Shown here in pieces: positions 29,217-38,636 of a stretch of DNA of 64,000 bases. Numbering within the stretch: the stretch's first letter is position 1; every line of letters begins with the position of its first letter. This DNA is from Alphaproteobacteria bacterium (GTDB lineage: Bacteria > Pseudomonadota > Alphaproteobacteria > MPNO01 > UBA830): assembly GCA_965243135.1 (NCBI GenBank), contig OZ251539.1:928001-992000 (forward strand). Direction: 5' to 3'. The notes beneath the pieces were generated by a model. The model was not told the origin of the DNA and did not search any database. It worked only from the letters and a program-made list of their open reading frames with translations. The position numbers were made by a program, and so were the translations under genes.

Positions 29217-30761
29217 TCAGACGGTCTCGAACCTGAAATCCACGATGTTGCGCTCCTCCCGGCCGAACTCGATGCCGATCAGGTGGACCGGCACGCCCGG
29301 ACGCCGGTACTTGTCCGCGTAGCCGCGCTCCCGAATCTGCGCCAGCGCCCGGCCTTCCGGCTTCCCGTCCGCGACCTTGAACTCGAACAGGTAGACGCCG
29401 CCGTCGTACAGGACCGCCAGGTCCGAGCGGCCGCGCGCCGTGCTCTCCTCCGCGCGGACGTCCATCCCCGCCGCCACGAAGTGCGAGTAGAACACGCTGG
29501 CATAGTGCGCCTCGTAGCCGGCTATGCCCGTGTTCGCGTACCACTCGTTCGGGACGCTCGCCAGGAACGCCCGGAACAGCCGTTCGAGACCTGCGAAGTC
29601 GTTCGTCCGCATCAGGCGGCGCAACTCCCGGCTCTCTGCCGCGACCGCGACGCCCGGCGCCATCGCCTCCAGCAGGAGCGCGTTCAGGCTGCGCTTCACC
29701 TCCCGGTTCGGGTAGTCCAGCCGGTAGAGGGGCGCGTCCTCGTCCCGCTTCTCGTCGGCGATGGTCAGGTAGCCGGTCTGGAACAGCAGCGCCTCGACGG
29801 GAATGCGGTCGACGTCGACGGCCGACAGCAGGTCGTCGTCCGCGAACATGCCCTCCAGGGCCGGCGCCGAGACCCGGCGCCGCGCCAGAAGGTCGGCGAG
29901 GAAGGTCGGCGTGCCGCTCTGGAACCAGTACGGGCGGAACTCGCGCCGCCGAAACAGCAGCAGCAGGCCGAACGGGTTGTAGACCCTCTCCGGCCCGCGC
30001 CAGTTGTAGCCGTTGTACCAGCGGCGGACCTCGTCCCGGTCCAGACCCTCGAGTTCCGGGGCGAAGACCGCGTCCAACTCGTCGTCCGTGTAGCCGCAAA
30101 TGTCCGAGAACTCCGGCTCCAGCGTGACGTCGATCAGGTTGTTCAGGCCCGAGAAAATGCCCGCATGCGAGAACTTGCTCACCCCCGTCAGGAAAACGAA
30201 ACGCAACTGCTCGTCGCAGTCCTTGATCGCCCCGTACAGGCTGCGCAGGAAATCGCGGTTGGCCCGCGCCAGTTCCCGGTCGCCGAGCGCGTCCAGGATC
30301 GGCTTGTCGTATTCGTCGACCAGAACGACCACCTGCCGCCCGGTGCGCTCGTGCAGGGCCTCGATCAATTCCCCGAAACGGTTCGACGCCTCGACGGGAT
30401 CCGGTTCGAGGCCGGCGCGCCTCTCCGCTGCCGCCAGCTGCCTTTCCACGGTTATCCGAACCCCGTCAGGGACGACGAAATTGCCCCTGCCGAAGCTGAG
30501 CCGCACGACCGGATGGCGCGCCGACCAGTCCCACTCGTCGTGTACGGCGAGGCCCCGGAACAGCTCCTCGCTTCCCTCGAACAGCTTCTGCAGCGTGTCC
30601 ACCAGGAGGGTCTTGCCGAACCGGCGCGGACGCGACAGGAAATAGTACTTGCCCTTCTCGACGAGGCGGCGCACATGGTCCGTCTTGTCGACGTAGTAGC
30701 AGTCCCTCGTCCGGATTTCCCGGAGGGAAGTCATCCCGATCGGAAGCATGCGTCTTTCCAT
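29217..30761 (-). CDS. AAA-ATPase/PD-(D/E)XK nuclease copy 4, open
   Basis: Same motifs as copy 2. Promoter TTGACC-18-TATTCT-6-ATG at 30762-30797. Confidence 0.92.
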   Translation of the reverse strand: MERRMLPIGMTSLREIRTRDCYYVDKTDHVRRLVEKGKYYFLSRPRRFGKTLLVDTLQKLFEGSEELFRGLAVHDEWDWSARHPVVRLSFGRGNFVVPDGVRITVERQLAAAERRAGLEPDPVEASNRFGELIEALHERTGRQVVVLVDEYDKPILDALGDRELARANRDFLRSLYGAIKDCDEQLRFVFLTGVSKFSHAGIFSGLNNLIDVTLEPEFSDICGYTDDELDAVFAPELEGLDRDEVRRWYNGYNWRGPERVYNPFGLLLLFRRREFRPYWFQSGTPTFLADLLARRRVSAPALEGMFADDDLLSAVDVDRIPVEALLFQTGYLTIADEKRDEDAPLYRLDYPNREVKRSLNALLLEAMAPGVAVAAESRELRRLMRTNDFAGLERLFRAFLASVPNEWYANTGIAGYEAHYASVFYSHFVAAGMDVRAEESTARGRSDLAVLYDGGVYLFEFKVADGKPEGRALAQIRERGYADKYRRPGVPVHLIGIEFGREERNIVDFRFETV

Positions 30762-30919
30762 TCGGCAAGAATAGGCCGCCGCAACGGAAACGGTCAAATT
30801 TATTTCAGACCTGAGGCATGTTAGCAACGGATGATATGTCCCCCTGTCCGGATTTGGAACGCTTCCGGACCAAGGAGATCGGCGACAGGGACTGAGGAAG
30901 TTCGAAACGGACGCACCCG

Positions 30920-31068
30920 TCAGGGTTCGCTCGAAGCCATGGGCGGCTCGCGAAAGCGAAACAAGAAACCCGGAAATGCAACGCAAAATCAGCGTATCCT
31001 GCCTTGCACCGGGATTGGAGGCGGAACAAGCAGGTCACCCCGCGACCGAACGCTTACAGTCGATCGGA
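30920..31068 (-). repeat. Dispersed repeat family R-B (copy 2, inverted)
   Basis: CCGGAAATGCAACGCAAA...TGCACCGGGA...AGGCGGAAC...CAGGTCACCCCGCG.CCGAACGCTTAC is shared with the reverse complement of 28475-28635. Confidence 0.8.
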
Positions 31069-31216
31069 TTCACGCTGGCGGCGCGCGCCTTTACAAGCAC
31101 GTCGTCCGGCCCCGGCTCGGGGTCCGGCAGGTCCGCGAGACGCGCCGAGACCGCCGTAGGCGTCGTAAACAAGGGCTTTCATGCCGGATTCTCCCTGCGC
31201 CCGGGAAACGCCGATC

Positions 31217-31681
31217 TCACCAGTAACCCGCCATCAGTTCTCCGGCCCATTCCGGCTCCTCGACCTCGCTGCGCGGCGCGAAGCCCGTCATGTAGGGCTT
31301 GATGTCGATGACCGGCGTGCCGTCGACCGCGTCGAGGCCCCGCACGCGCAGCCTGCGGTCCGAGACGCCGAGAATCTCGCAGGTCGTCACGCCGACGAGG
31401 TTGGGGCGGTTCTTCCCGCGTTGCGCGAAGATGCCGACGAGCGGCCATTCCGGGTTGTTGCGGGGATGCCGGGCCCCCCATTCTATGGTTTCGGGATCGA
31501 CCTTGTCGAAGTGAAACACGACGACCGCGTGGGAAAACTGATCGAGGCTCGCCAGGGCCTCGGGTCCCAGCCTTTCGTCGAGCTCGATATACGCTTCGAT
31601 CGCCCCCCAGTCGTCGTTGACGACCTCGGCGCGTCCGCCGCGCACGGTTCCGACGGCTTCCAGTTCGATCTTCATGCCCAT
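31217..31681 (-). CDS. trmO: TrmO/TsaA-family SAM-dependent methyltransferase
   Basis: FSH.VVVFHF, GIFAQRGKNRPN.VG, V.GLDAVDGTPVIDIKPY. Confidence 0.82.
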   Translation of the reverse strand: MGMKIELEAVGTVRGGRAEVVNDDWGAIEAYIELDERLGPEALASLDQFSHAVVVFHFDKVDPETIEWGARHPRNNPEWPLVGIFAQRGKNRPNLVGVTTCEILGVSDRRLRVRGLDAVDGTPVIDIKPYMTGFAPRSEVEEPEWAGELMAGYW

Positions 31682-31684
31682 GCT

Positions 31685-32368
31685 TCAATTCTCCGGTTCG
31701 GGTGGCAGTTCGATGCCGAAATGCCTTCGCAGCAGGTCGTCGATCAGGTCGAAGCACGAGCCGTAGCGGATCACCGTCATGTCGCCGACGTCGATCATGG
31801 TGGAAGACCGGCCGTAACGGTTCCAGCGCATCAGGCCGTAATCCAGAACGATGTCCGCCGTTTGGATGATTTCGGGTTCGATGTCTCCGGCGCGGAACTT
31901 GACGCCGCGCAGGGAGACGTTGGCCGAAGAGCCGATGACGAGCCGGTTGTCCGCGAAAGCGATCCGGGCAAGCGTATCCATCACGGGACCGGCGTTGAGC
32001 AGCATCGCGATCGTGTCGCGATGGGTCGTCTGTTCGTAGACGTCTTGCCGGAGGGCCGCCAGCGCCGGATGGTCGCGCCGAGCCTTCGCCGCGGTGCCCA
32101 TCGGCAAGTCGTGAAGTTCGGTGATCGCCGAGACGATCTCGCGCCGCTCGTCGGGCACGTCGTGGAGCGCCATGTGCATTTCCTTGCAGCCGCAGACCGC
32201 GTTGAGCTTCTCCGGCTTGCGGCGCTTCGCTTCGAAGATCCGCCAGATCGCCTCCGGGGCGCAGGCCACGATGACGTAACCGACGTCCGTCGGGACGATT
32301 CCGATGCCGCCTTCCGCGAGCGCCTCGTAGACGCGGCGAGCGTCCGTTTCGTAATCGTGAAGCCGCAT
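31685..32368 (-). CDS. Sua5/YrdC/YciO family protein
   Basis: GGIGIVPTDVGY, IFEAKRR..K, SSANVS, SSTMID. GGAGG precedes ATG 32368. Confidence 0.85.
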   Translation of the reverse strand: MRLHDYETDARRVYEALAEGGIGIVPTDVGYVIVACAPEAIWRIFEAKRRKPEKLNAVCGCKEMHMALHDVPDERREIVSAITELHDLPMGTAAKARRDHPALAALRQDVYEQTTHRDTIAMLLNAGPVMDTLARIAFADNRLVIGSSANVSLRGVKFRAGDIEPEIIQTADIVLDYGLMRWNRYGRSSTMIDVGDMTVIRYGSCFDLIDDLLRRHFGIELPPEPEN

Positions 32369-32565
32369 CGGCACCTCCGCGTAGAGTCGCGAATCACCGT
32401 CCGAACGGGAGTCGCTGACCGTCCCTCCCGTCCCGGCCGCGGCGGACGGAGGCCTTTCGTCAAATATAGTCGATTCCACGAGACGCTGCTTTCGGCGTAT
32501 GCAAGTCGGACTTCACCGGTTCATGCGGACAGCGTGGCTCCGAACGGCAGTCGCCGTGTCGGACG

Positions 32566-32648
32566 CACCCGGCGTCAGCTGGCCCACGAGCTGTGCGAGC
32601 GCGAAGACTGGCGCAACGAGAAGGGCGAACTTTGCCTCGGCACGGCGG
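32566..32648 (+). pseudogene. Relic of a DUF4338-type transposase N-terminus
   Basis: TRRQLAHELCEREDWRNEKGELCLGTA resembles SRGQLVDRVCAAFGFRDGRGRWQRVTC of the 45589 transposase. Confidence 0.55.
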
Positions 32649-33334
32649 ATCCTGCCGGAGCTCGCCGAGCGCAGGTTCGGCAACTACTGGTTCCAGAGCG
32701 GCACGCCGACCTTCCTGGTCGAGACGCTGACGCGCCGCGACCTGCCCACATGGACGGCATGACCGGCAGCGAGAGCCTGCTCTCGGCCTTCGACGTGGAC
32801 AATGTCGAGGCGCTTCTGTTCCAGACCGGCTACCTCAGTGCGCCGGCGAGGAGGACGGGCGCTACCGGCTGGACTACCCGAACCTCGAGGTGCGCCAGAG
32901 CCTGGGCGAGGTCCTGCTGGGAGAACTGCTCCCGGTCGAGGCCCGCAAGAAGACGGGGCGCCTGCGGCTGGGCGAACTGCTGGAGGCGAACGACTTCGAA
33001 CGCACCCTGTTCCGCGGCGTCTTCGCCCCGCACCAGTGGTACGCGACCAGCCCGGTCGCGAAGTACGAGGCCCACTACGCGAGCGTCCAGCTGCTTGGAG
33101 GGCTTCGAGCCGGTGGCCGAGGACAGCGGCAGCCGGGGGCGCGCCGACATGGCGATCCGCGCCGGCGGGGGCGTCTACCTGTTCGAGTTCAAGGTGGTGG
33201 AGCGCGGACGGGAGGGGACCGCGCAGTTGCGGGAGAAGGGATACGCGGACAAGTACCGCAATCTCGGACGTTCGGTCCACCTGGTGGAGTTCAGCCGCGA
33301 AGAGCGCAACGTCGTCGGGTTCGAGACCGCCTGA
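32649..33334 (+). pseudogene. AAA-ATPase/PD-(D/E)XK nuclease copy 5, 5'-truncated and frameshifted
   Basis: LAERRFGNYWFQSGTPTFL...GRADMAIRAGGGVYLFEFK...VVGFETA*, with many small deletions relative to 43359..44894. Confidence 0.88.
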
Positions 33335-33671
33335 AGCCGGACGAGTTCGACGTCCCGTTCGGACACGGCCGCCTCCGCGAAAGAACGCCGCCCGCGGTCC
33401 GGCCTGCGGCGGCCGCCGATTCGTCGCCTCGCGCGGCGCTCGACCGGAAAGCGCCTGAAAGGTCGCGGGAAGGCGTCCGCGGGGCCGGCTGCTTGTCGCG
33501 CGACGCAGCGCGAGACAGGCCTGACCTCAAGGCCTACGTTCTACCAGGCGCCAAGGAACAACGATACGCTCAAGGACTCAACAACAATGGCGGGGGGTTG
33601 AAAGGTCGCTGGCCGCCCTCCCGGCCGCGGCGGACGAAGGCCTCGCCGGGACGGGAGGGGCGGACGGCGCG

Positions 33672-34073
33672 CTACGCCCATGGCAAGGCGCCGCCCGAGT
33701 CCACGCTGCCGACGCAGCCTGCGGTGCTGAGCGAGCTCGCGGTCGAGGGAACGGTTCCGGCGCACGCCAGCGAGCCCGCGGTGCTCGCGGTCTTGCCGCC
33801 GCCGGAGACCACCATCAGCGCCTCGTCCTGGAGCATCTGGTTCGGGTCGGGAGGCATGGCCAGGTGGAAGATGTCGCGGGTGTTGAGGACGACCTTCACG
33901 TCCATACCCGCCGGAACGTCGTGCCCATGCTCCCGCAAAATGTCTTTCGGATGCTCCTCGACCTCGCGCAGCCGATCCTCGTCGGAGCGGCAGGCGTCGG
34001 CGAGGTCTTGGAAAGCGCGGGCGCGCTGAAGGAAGATGTCGTGGGCGCCTTCTTGGTGGATGTTATCTCGCAT
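33672..34073 (-). CDS. NHLP (nitrile hydratase-like leader) RiPP precursor peptide
   Basis: Leader HPKDILREHG.DVPAGMDVKVV.NT..IFHLAMPPDP...LQDEALMVVSGG, then a 41-aa core rich in Ser, Thr, Cys, Gly and Ala. AGGAG RBS. Confidence 0.85.
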   Translation of the reverse strand: MRDNIHQEGAHDIFLQRARAFQDLADACRSDEDRLREVEEHPKDILREHGHDVPAGMDVKVVLNTRDIFHLAMPPDPNQMLQDEALMVVSGGGKTASTAGSLACAGTVPSTASSLSTAGCVGSVDSGGALPWA

Positions 34074-34239
34074 GATCGTCTCTCCTGCGATGTTCGGGTG
34101 AAGGTTCTGTCCAGCGGTTCGAGATACTGGAACCCAATCCCCGAGTCTTCAGCATCATCATCCACTCCGTAGCGGAGGGGGTAAACCCTAATTTCACGCC
34201 TCCCGAGCGAGGAGGCGAACCGGAGGCGCGGTCGTGGGG

Positions 34240-34360
34240 CGGCTTGGGGCGGAATCCGCGAAAACGGCGTTCTCGGCGTGGAAATTCGCGGTTTTCCGTA
34301 CCCGGGGCAAGGCCGCACCCGTAAAAATTGCCTGCGCTTCAGGACGTCAGGAACGACGCG
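34240..34360 (+). repeat. Dispersed intergenic repeat family R-A (copy 2)
   Basis: GGAATCCGCGAAAA...AATTCGCGGTTTTCCGTACCCG matches the reverse complement of 223-277. Confidence 0.7.
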
Positions 34361-34447
34361 GGAGTTTCGTCGGCGTTTTTTCGCGCCGGAACTCTTGGCG
34401 AAAGAGCGACTCGCCGCTATACCGCCATTTTTCCGGAGAACGTTGCC

Positions 34448-35629
34448 ATGGATGCAGACGCCCGTACGGCGAGCGGGCTTCGCCGCGCGATCGAGGAACT
34501 TCCCGAATCGCTTATCCGTCATGTAGCGGAACCCAACATGGATCGCGAGGGGTTGGTGCGCTTGTGGTTCGGCGAACCCGACGTTCCGACTCCCGAGTTC
34601 ATCAAGCGCGCCGCGGTGGCGGCTCTGGCCGACAACCGGGTCTTCTACGCCAACAACCGGGGCGTGCTCGCTCTTCGCGAGGCCATCGTCGAGTACGCGA
34701 CCCGGTTGCATGGGCGCGAGGTCGCCCTCGAGCGCATCACGGTCACCGGATCGGGCATGAACGCCATCATGATCGTCTCGGAGGCCTTGATGTCTCCGGG
34801 CGACAACATGGTTGCCGTCGGACCGGTCTGGCCCAACTGCAGGGAAACGGTCCGCATCATGGGCGCGGAACCTCGCCAGGTTTCGCTGCGGCTCGGCGCG
34901 GACGGACGCTGGCGTCTCGGCGTCGACGAACTCTTCGCCGCCTGCGACGAGCGCACTCGCGCCGTCTTCGTCAATTCGCCGGGCAACCCGACGGGATGGG
35001 TGATGTCGGCCGAGGAACAGCGGACGGTTCTCGACGAATGCCGGCGGCGCGGCATCTGGGTGGTCGCAGACGAGGTCTATATCCGGCTTGCCTACGAGCA
35101 GGAGCTCGGGCGCGCGCCTTCCTTCCTCGACGTCGCGGAGGAGGAAGATCGCGTGGTCGTGATCAATTCGTTTTCCAAATCATGGTCGATGACGGGCTGG
35201 CGGCTGGGTTGGCTCACGCATCCGGCCGCCGCGGGGGACGAATTCGCGAAGCTCATGGAATACAACATCGCCAACCCTACGACCTTCGTGCAATACGCCG
35301 GAATAACCGCGATACGCGACGGCGAGGACTTCGTCGCGGAGACGATCGCCCGCTACCGGCGCAATCGGGACATCGTGGTCCAGCGTCTCGGCTCCATGCG
35401 GCGCGTTCGGCTGTCGCGGCCCGAGGGCGCGATTTACGCGTTTTTCTCGGTCGACGGCATGACGGATTCGGTCGCCTTCGCGCAGCGGCTCATCGACGAG
35501 GCCGGCGTCGGCCTTGCGCCCGGCCGCGCCTTCGGCGAGGACGGAGAGGGCTGGATGCGCCTTTGCTTCGCCGCCGACGCGGCGACCGTCTCGGAGGCGA
35601 TGGACCGGCTGGAGTCGGCGCTGGATTGA
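34448..35629 (+). CDS. Class I/II PLP-dependent aminotransferase
   Basis: LWFGEPD, NSPGNPTG, DEVY, NSFSKSWSMTGWRLG. Confidence 0.92.
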   Translation: MDADARTASGLRRAIEELPESLIRHVAEPNMDREGLVRLWFGEPDVPTPEFIKRAAVAALADNRVFYANNRGVLALREAIVEYATRLHGREVALERITVTGSGMNAIMIVSEALMSPGDNMVAVGPVWPNCRETVRIMGAEPRQVSLRLGADGRWRLGVDELFAACDERTRAVFVNSPGNPTGWVMSAEEQRTVLDECRRRGIWVVADEVYIRLAYEQELGRAPSFLDVAEEEDRVVVINSFSKSWSMTGWRLGWLTHPAAAGDEFAKLMEYNIANPTTFVQYAGITAIRDGEDFVAETIARYRRNRDIVVQRLGSMRRVRLSRPEGAIYAFFSVDGMTDSVAFAQRLIDEAGVGLAPGRAFGEDGEGWMRLCFAADAATVSEAMDRLESALD

Positions 35630-35689
35630 GACGCCGCGCAATTTTACGAGGGGCGCGGGCGGCTATCCGGCGGATGGCCCGGAGACCGC

Positions 35690-36955
35690 TCAGGCGACTC
35701 CCGGCGCGAATTCCTCGTCGCCGCCCGGACGGCTCCGGGTCAGCAGCGCCGCGACGATCGCGAGATTGGCGGCATTCGCGGCGACGCCGATCAGAAACGG
35801 CAGAACGTAGTCGCCGGTCGCGTCGAACAGAGCCCCCGCGAACCAGCTTCCGAACCCCATGGACGCCGCGCCGAACAGAAACACCAATCCGGTGCGGCGG
35901 CCGGCCTCCATGGGCGGCATGTATTCGCGGATGAGGATGGCGTAGACCGGAAAGATGCCGCCGTAGCCGAGCCCGAAGCCGACGCCCACGATATAGAGCG
36001 CGTAAACCGTGTCGGCGAAGGTGAGCAGGCCGAGCGTTATCGCCTGGACGCCGGAAAAGAAGAACAACGCCCACAGCGCGCCGAATCGGTCCGCGAGGAG
36101 ACCGACCACGACCACGCGGCTCACGAAGGCGGCCATCAGGGTGACCGAAAGGATCTCCACCGCGTTCGTCAGAGCCAGGCCCTTGTCGGTCGCGTGCGAG
36201 ATGAGATGGGCGAGCGGCATGGCCATCGCGATGCAGCAGCCGAGGATGGCGACGCACAGGATGGTTTGCAATCTGGCGTGGCTGAACGGCATCCGGCTGC
36301 GGCGCGGACCCCGCCTCGGCTTGCTCCCGTCCTTTTCGAGGGCCTCGGCCTCGGCGAGCGTACCGGGCGGCGGCGGAGCGCGGACGAAGACGGCGGCCAG
36401 CGGCAGCATGACGCAAGCGGCGAAGATCCCGAAGCCCAGAAAGCCGTCGCGCCAGCCGACCCACGCGACGACATGGCCGAACACGGCGGGCCAGACGATG
36501 CCGGCAAGGCTCTGTCCGCTCGCGACGATGCCCACCACCATCCCGCGACGCCGCTCGTACCAGCGGGCGATGTTGGCGAGCATCGGCGCGTAGAGGCTGC
36601 CCTGGCCGAAGAAGCCGAAGAGAACGAGATAGATCGCGTAGAGTTGGACGGGAGTCTCGACGAAGACCGTCAGCACCGCGCCGGACGCGACCGAGACGGC
36701 GGCCGTCAAGGGCGGAACGACGGCGCCCAGGCGGTCGAGGGCGTATCCCATGACCATGCCGCCGCATCCGCCGCCGAGGAACTGGAGAGCGAAAGCGAGG
36801 GAGGGCACTTCGCGCGGCCAGCCGAATTCCGCCGCGAGATCCTTGAGCGTCACCGAGATCAGGAACAGGCTGCCGGAGGCGACGAAGATGAGCGTCGTGG
36901 ACGCGGCGAGCAGATAGAACCGGAATCTCAGGATGCCTCGGAGACGGTCGGCCAT
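35690..36955 (-). CDS. MFS transporter
   Basis: About 12 TM helices, GYALDRLG and GLLADRFG motifs. Confidence 0.9.
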   Translation of the reverse strand: MADRLRGILRFRFYLLAASTTLIFVASGSLFLISVTLKDLAAEFGWPREVPSLAFALQFLGGGCGGMVMGYALDRLGAVVPPLTAAVSVASGAVLTVFVETPVQLYAIYLVLFGFFGQGSLYAPMLANIARWYERRRGMVVGIVASGQSLAGIVWPAVFGHVVAWVGWRDGFLGFGIFAACVMLPLAAVFVRAPPPPGTLAEAEALEKDGSKPRRGPRRSRMPFSHARLQTILCVAILGCCIAMAMPLAHLISHATDKGLALTNAVEILSVTLMAAFVSRVVVVGLLADRFGALWALFFFSGVQAITLGLLTFADTVYALYIVGVGFGLGYGGIFPVYAILIREYMPPMEAGRRTGLVFLFGAASMGFGSWFAGALFDATGDYVLPFLIGVAANAANLAIVAALLTRSRPGGDEEFAPGVA

Positions 36956-36959
36956 CTCT

Positions 36960-37400
36960 CTACGCCGCGACGGGGGCGGTCGGTTCGAGGCTCGCGTATG
37001 CCCGCAGCAAGAGCCGGCGCAGCGTTTCGACCTCCGACCGGGAGAGGCCGGCGACGGCGCGGGCCTCCAGAGCGACCGCCTCGGGAATCAGTTTCTCGGT
37101 GGCGCGCTTCCCCTCGGGCGTGAGGCGAACGTTGACCGTGCGCGAATCGCCGTCGTCGCGGCTGCGAAGCGCCAGCCCCTTGGCATCCATGCGGCCGATC
37201 AGCCGGGACAGGGTCGACAGGTTGATGCTGGTGAGTTCCGAGAGCTCGCCCACCGGCAGGTCGCCGTGCCGGTGAAGGACGCTGAGCGCCCGCCACATCT
37301 GCACGTCGATGCCGGCTTCGGCGAGCGACGGGGTGAATTCGCTTACGAAGCGCTGGCCGAGCCGGTTGACGAGATAGGGGAGGTAGTTGTCGAGCTCCAT
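36960..37400 (-). CDS. MarR-family transcriptional regulator
   Basis: wHTH STLSRLIGRM..KGL, DSR.V.V.LTPEG. Confidence 0.9.
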   Translation of the reverse strand: MELDNYLPYLVNRLGQRFVSEFTPSLAEAGIDVQMWRALSVLHRHGDLPVGELSELTSINLSTLSRLIGRMDAKGLALRSRDDGDSRTVNVRLTPEGKRATEKLIPEAVALEARAVAGLSRSEVETLRRLLLRAYASLEPTAPVAA

Positions 37401-37406
37401 GCGGCG

Positions 37407-38471
37407 TCAATCCGCCGCGGCGCGTTCGAACGCCGGCGCGACGCATTCCATGAACCGGTGCATCTGCTCCTTGACGAGCGCATGCGGCTTGTTGCCGACG
37501 TTGAAGTAGAGGATGACCTCCTCGATGCCGGCCGCTTCGACCTGCTTGAGCCTGTCCGCGATCTGCTGCGGACTGCCGATCAGGACGGAATTCGCCGACA
37601 GCTTGTCCTTCTCCATGTTGCGCAGGACCTCGTTGATCTTGAGGAAGTAATGCATCGTGGGCGGCATCTTCGCGGGGTCGTCGGGAAAGGCGCGCAGCAC
37701 GCAGTGCTTGAAATAGTCCATCATCGCCTGGCGTCCGGCGTCGTCCTCTTCCGGGGTTTCGGCGATATGAACGAAGTAGCTGCACATGGCGCGGCCGGGG
37801 GTTCCGCCGTTCTGGACGCAGGCTTCTCGGTACTTGTCCACGGCTTGTTCGATCCCGCCGTAGACCATCGTCGCGGCGAACGGGGCGTAGATCACGTTGA
37901 GCCCCCTGCGCGCCGCCATTTTCAGCGAGGTTTCGGAGAACGACGCGACGTAGAACGGTATCGGATTCTGCACGGGCTTCGGCGTGATCGACATGTCGTC
38001 GATGCGGTAGCACGCCCCGTGGTGCGACCAGAAGCCCGGCTCGGTCCAGGCCTTGAGCAGCACGTCGATGCCTTCCTCGAACATCTCGGCGGACTTCATG
38101 AAATCGGCGCCGAACGGCGCGTACTCGGCCCGGTCGTAGCCGCGTCCGGTCGCGAAATCGACGCGGCCGCCGGACAGGAGGTCGAGGGTCGCCCAGCACT
38201 CGGCGACGTGGATCGGGTGATGCAGCGGCAGCACGTTGACCGCCGGCGCGAAACGGATGTTCTTCGTTTCCGGTATGATGCTGGCGAGGAGGATGTCGGG
38301 GCGCGAATTCACTCCGAGGCGATCGAAGTGGTGCTCGCCGATCCAGGCCGAGTGATAGCCGAGCCGGTCGGCCAGGATCGCCTGCTCGCGGATTTCGAGG
38401 ACGAAGTCGCTCGCCGAGCGCGGGTTGTCCGGATAGTAGTTGTCGGAAAGGGTGAAGTAGCCGAATTCCAT
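37407..38471 (-). CDS. LLM-class flavin-dependent oxidoreductase (luciferase-like)
   Basis: WIGEHHF, LPLHHP..VAE..ATLDLLSGGR, PKPVQ.P.P. Confidence 0.9.
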   Translation of the reverse strand: MEFGYFTLSDNYYPDNPRSASDFVLEIREQAILADRLGYHSAWIGEHHFDRLGVNSRPDILLASIIPETKNIRFAPAVNVLPLHHPIHVAECWATLDLLSGGRVDFATGRGYDRAEYAPFGADFMKSAEMFEEGIDVLLKAWTEPGFWSHHGACYRIDDMSITPKPVQNPIPFYVASFSETSLKMAARRGLNVIYAPFAATMVYGGIEQAVDKYREACVQNGGTPGRAMCSYFVHIAETPEEDDAGRQAMMDYFKHCVLRAFPDDPAKMPPTMHYFLKINEVLRNMEKDKLSANSVLIGSPQQIADRLKQVEAAGIEEVILYFNVGNKPHALVKEQMHRFMECVAPAFERAAAD

Positions 38472-38636
38472 GGCGCGGACTTCCTGCATTGGGGAGATGC
38501 GCCGGGAGGGTATCGCGCCCGCGCCTATATTTGCAAGTGCAAATTTCGCCGCGCCGGGGCCGGGAACGAAAGGCCGTTCCCCCGAACGCCGACAGCGGGT
38601 ATACTCGCGGCGGGCCCTGACGCATAGGAGGAGGAT

